Assembly: GCF_009914755.1 (NCBI RefSeq)
Contig: NC_060945.1
Direction: 5' to 3' (one strand)
DNA: 64,000 nucleotides
Source of the DNA: the human T2T-CHM13v2.0 reference genome, Homo sapiens
The first letter of the stretch is position 1. The number at the start of each line of letters is the position of its first letter. Positions 61,363 to 64,000 of the stretch are shown piece after piece. A model generated the notes under the pieces. The model saw only the letters and a program-made list of their open reading frames with translations, did no database searches and was not told where the DNA came from. The translations under genes were made by a program, and so were the position numbers.

Positions 61363-61823
61363 AGTCTCGGCTTTTAACACCTGGGAGAATGATACAATTC
61401 CAGCAATTCAGTAAGGTAAAATATTAGGGCAATGACTGAGATAAAAAAAAAAGAAAGAATATAAGTTTTACCCTATAATTGGTTGCTGCCAAAGGATTAT
61501 TTTTCTACATTGCAATTCTTATTACATCACACCACTCTACTTAAACTTATCTGTTAATGTTTTTTCAAGTCTCTTGGTTTTTGATTTTGGCATTTCTTCA
61601 AATCTATCTCATGTACTAGAATCTGTGATTTGAGAATTTAGGCTGAAAATGTGTAAGAATCAGGTGCTCTTGTTAAATTTTGTTGAGTTGGAATAAAACC
61701 ACAACAGAATACTTTTGAGTTTTTAAAAAATAAACTCCCACTGATTTTTAAATAGTATGCACTTGGAGGGAAAATTTTTATTTTGTTTTGCTATGCCTCA
61801 TCACCATTTCTTTTGCTCTGCAG

Positions 61824-61945
61824 GACAGTACTACAGAAGGACTAAGTATATAGGAAACTTGACTTATTTAAATAAGGCAGTGAAAAAAATAGAATATGGG
61901 GAGTAAAACAACCTCTGAAGCTAAGTCTGCATATATAATAACTGG
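61824..61945 (+). other. Candidate non-coding exon (122 nt)
   Basis: Acceptor tttcttttgctctgcAG|G (61822-61823); donor TGG|GTAAGT (61945/61946). Confidence 0.3.
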
Positions 61946-62249
61946 GTAAGTCTTTCAGTGAGTTTATTGATTAGTAACAGGGGTTTGATACGTAAAACAG
62001 AGCAAATTGCATATAGGTATGATTTGAATGGGCTAACATACTTACAATTAATATAAAATATTTCCAGATTAAGAATTATAAGCACACATTAAAATAAGAA
62101 TAAAGAAACTTTTTCAGGTGTCTTGAAGACCCTGAAGGATTTAGTGAGTCATCAGTGAGACATATTAATAAGGATGAGTATATGTATGAGTACCTGTTGG
62201 GTTTGTTTTCCTATCGTTTTTTCACTCTAAGTAGTAGCATGTATTTTCT

Positions 62250-62543
<294 letters not shown>

Positions 62544-64000
62544 AGGTAGGATGTATTCTCTAGTTCTTTTACAAAAGGAGGATTTTCATTTACCTGCACT
62601 TTTTGTTCCCCAAAGAGGGAGTCCTGTAGTCTCTTGGTGTGTATAGAAAGGCTTAAATATTTTAGCCAGTCCTTTGTAACTTTTTCCTTGCTTGTCAAAA
62701 GCAATAATATTGCCATCATTGAGAAATGGTTTCAATGATGGCGACACTTCACAGATAAGAACAAGCTTATTAATCTTGGGAAACTCACAAATGATTATTG
62801 AGTCTCCTAGATTGCTAAAAACAAAGAAGAATTAATTTTTTGTCCTGAAGATTTAAGGTAATTGTCCACAGCTTAATAATCATCAGGAAGAGGATAAACT
62901 CAATCACAGGAAATACAACGTAGTAGTGAAATTTGTTCAATTACAGAGGAAAGTTCCAACGGAAATGGTGGAAATCCTGGCACTTGGAATAAGCAAAACC
63001 AAACAGGACAAAGTACTAAACTACAATTAGTAAGCTTCTAATACAGCTCTAAAAAGGAATGCTTCCTATATTGATGATAATTAGTTGATGATAGATTACT
63101 GAGCTGAAAACTTGACATTTGATTGCTACTTTTAAGTGTTAGGCAAATTAAGAGGTATGGAAAATTGGACATATCATAGTGTAAATGAATTTATTTTCTC
63201 CATGGCAGGATTTGGTTGCTTGTGAACATATAGCAGATTCTCTAATACTCATAAGGCTCCCTCTTTCCTTTAATACGAAGGATGTAGGAGAAGTTCAGCA
63301 AGCACTTATTTGTTAGGTTGAATTCTAAATATGGACACAGTGCAGTCTTAAATTATGTTAGAAAAAGGACATTTGGCTTAGTGAGACACATTAATCATAG
63401 TGCAGTCTTAAATAGATCTGAGGACTTACAACAGTGCATAGATATGTCTTTAAATCAGCAGAAATTCAGAAGAACATGGCAGGTTAGAAATGATAGGATG
63501 ATAACTTGGATTTGATTATGGCAAGATTAACTAAGCAGCTGTTGAGATTGGATAATGATATGTGAGGTTCTCATCACCCTGTAACTTGTTTCCACTAATA
63601 CAGATTAAGAATGTCTGGAGGAACTATAATTATCTCTGTGGCTTGTGCATAACATAATTATGTTTTGCCAGTGCAAAGCATTTTATTAAGTGGAAAATGA
63701 TTTTTAAAAAGTTATACAAGTGGCTACAAGAACAAATCAACTAAGAACAGAAACATTGGCACTTCATAATAGTAATGTGAAAAATACTTATCTCTTTTTG
63801 TTATATGGAGTTTTCAGAATTTAAAGCCTTGTTTATATGACAGATACATGAGGGATTATTTCAGTGATGTTGACCCTCTTACTGAAGTTTGTGCCCCAGG
63901 TGTCCAGACCACAAAATAGAAAATGCAATCTTTGTCTGCCTTACATAAATACAGTACTGAGATCAGCTTGTCTTTTAAATGTCTGATTGCTATTTAATTA

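Noticed and set aside
62640-62745. C/D-box snoRNA or pre-miRNA
   Set aside because: The ATGATGG motifs are imperfect C boxes, I found no well-placed D box with a terminal stem, and the 11-bp stem is too short for a pre-miRNA.

Overview
Primate (human or great-ape) non-coding genomic DNA, AT-rich. It contains 19 Alus, four L1PA-type fragments, a near full-length Tigger1, MER5/MER44/Tigger4 DNA-transposon remnants, MaLR LTRs, MIR/L2 relics and simple repeats. I can support no protein-coding gene: the ORF-track entries are Alu, L1, Tigger or low-complexity artefacts, or short chance ORFs. Retroelements lie mostly on the - strand and the best splice signals are on +, so the window most likely lies in a large intron or 5' region of a + strand gene, which I could not identify. 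Candidate exons are at about 29.0, 42.0-42.2 and 61.8-61.9 kb. I found no convincing new biological system. The most interesting signals are mechanistic scars read directly from the sequence: (1) an L1 whose 5' junction captured an inverted 84-bp copy of nearby DNA plus inverted ORF2 pieces (48.4-48.9 kb); (2) an AT-rich fold-back/inverted-triplication palindrome (21.9-22.3 kb); (3) an AluY carrying a G-quadruplex/GC-box segment between two poly(A) tracts inside its TSDs (20.3 kb). Repeat subfamily calls are by eye from remembered consensus sequences and need RepeatMasker/Dfam confirmation.
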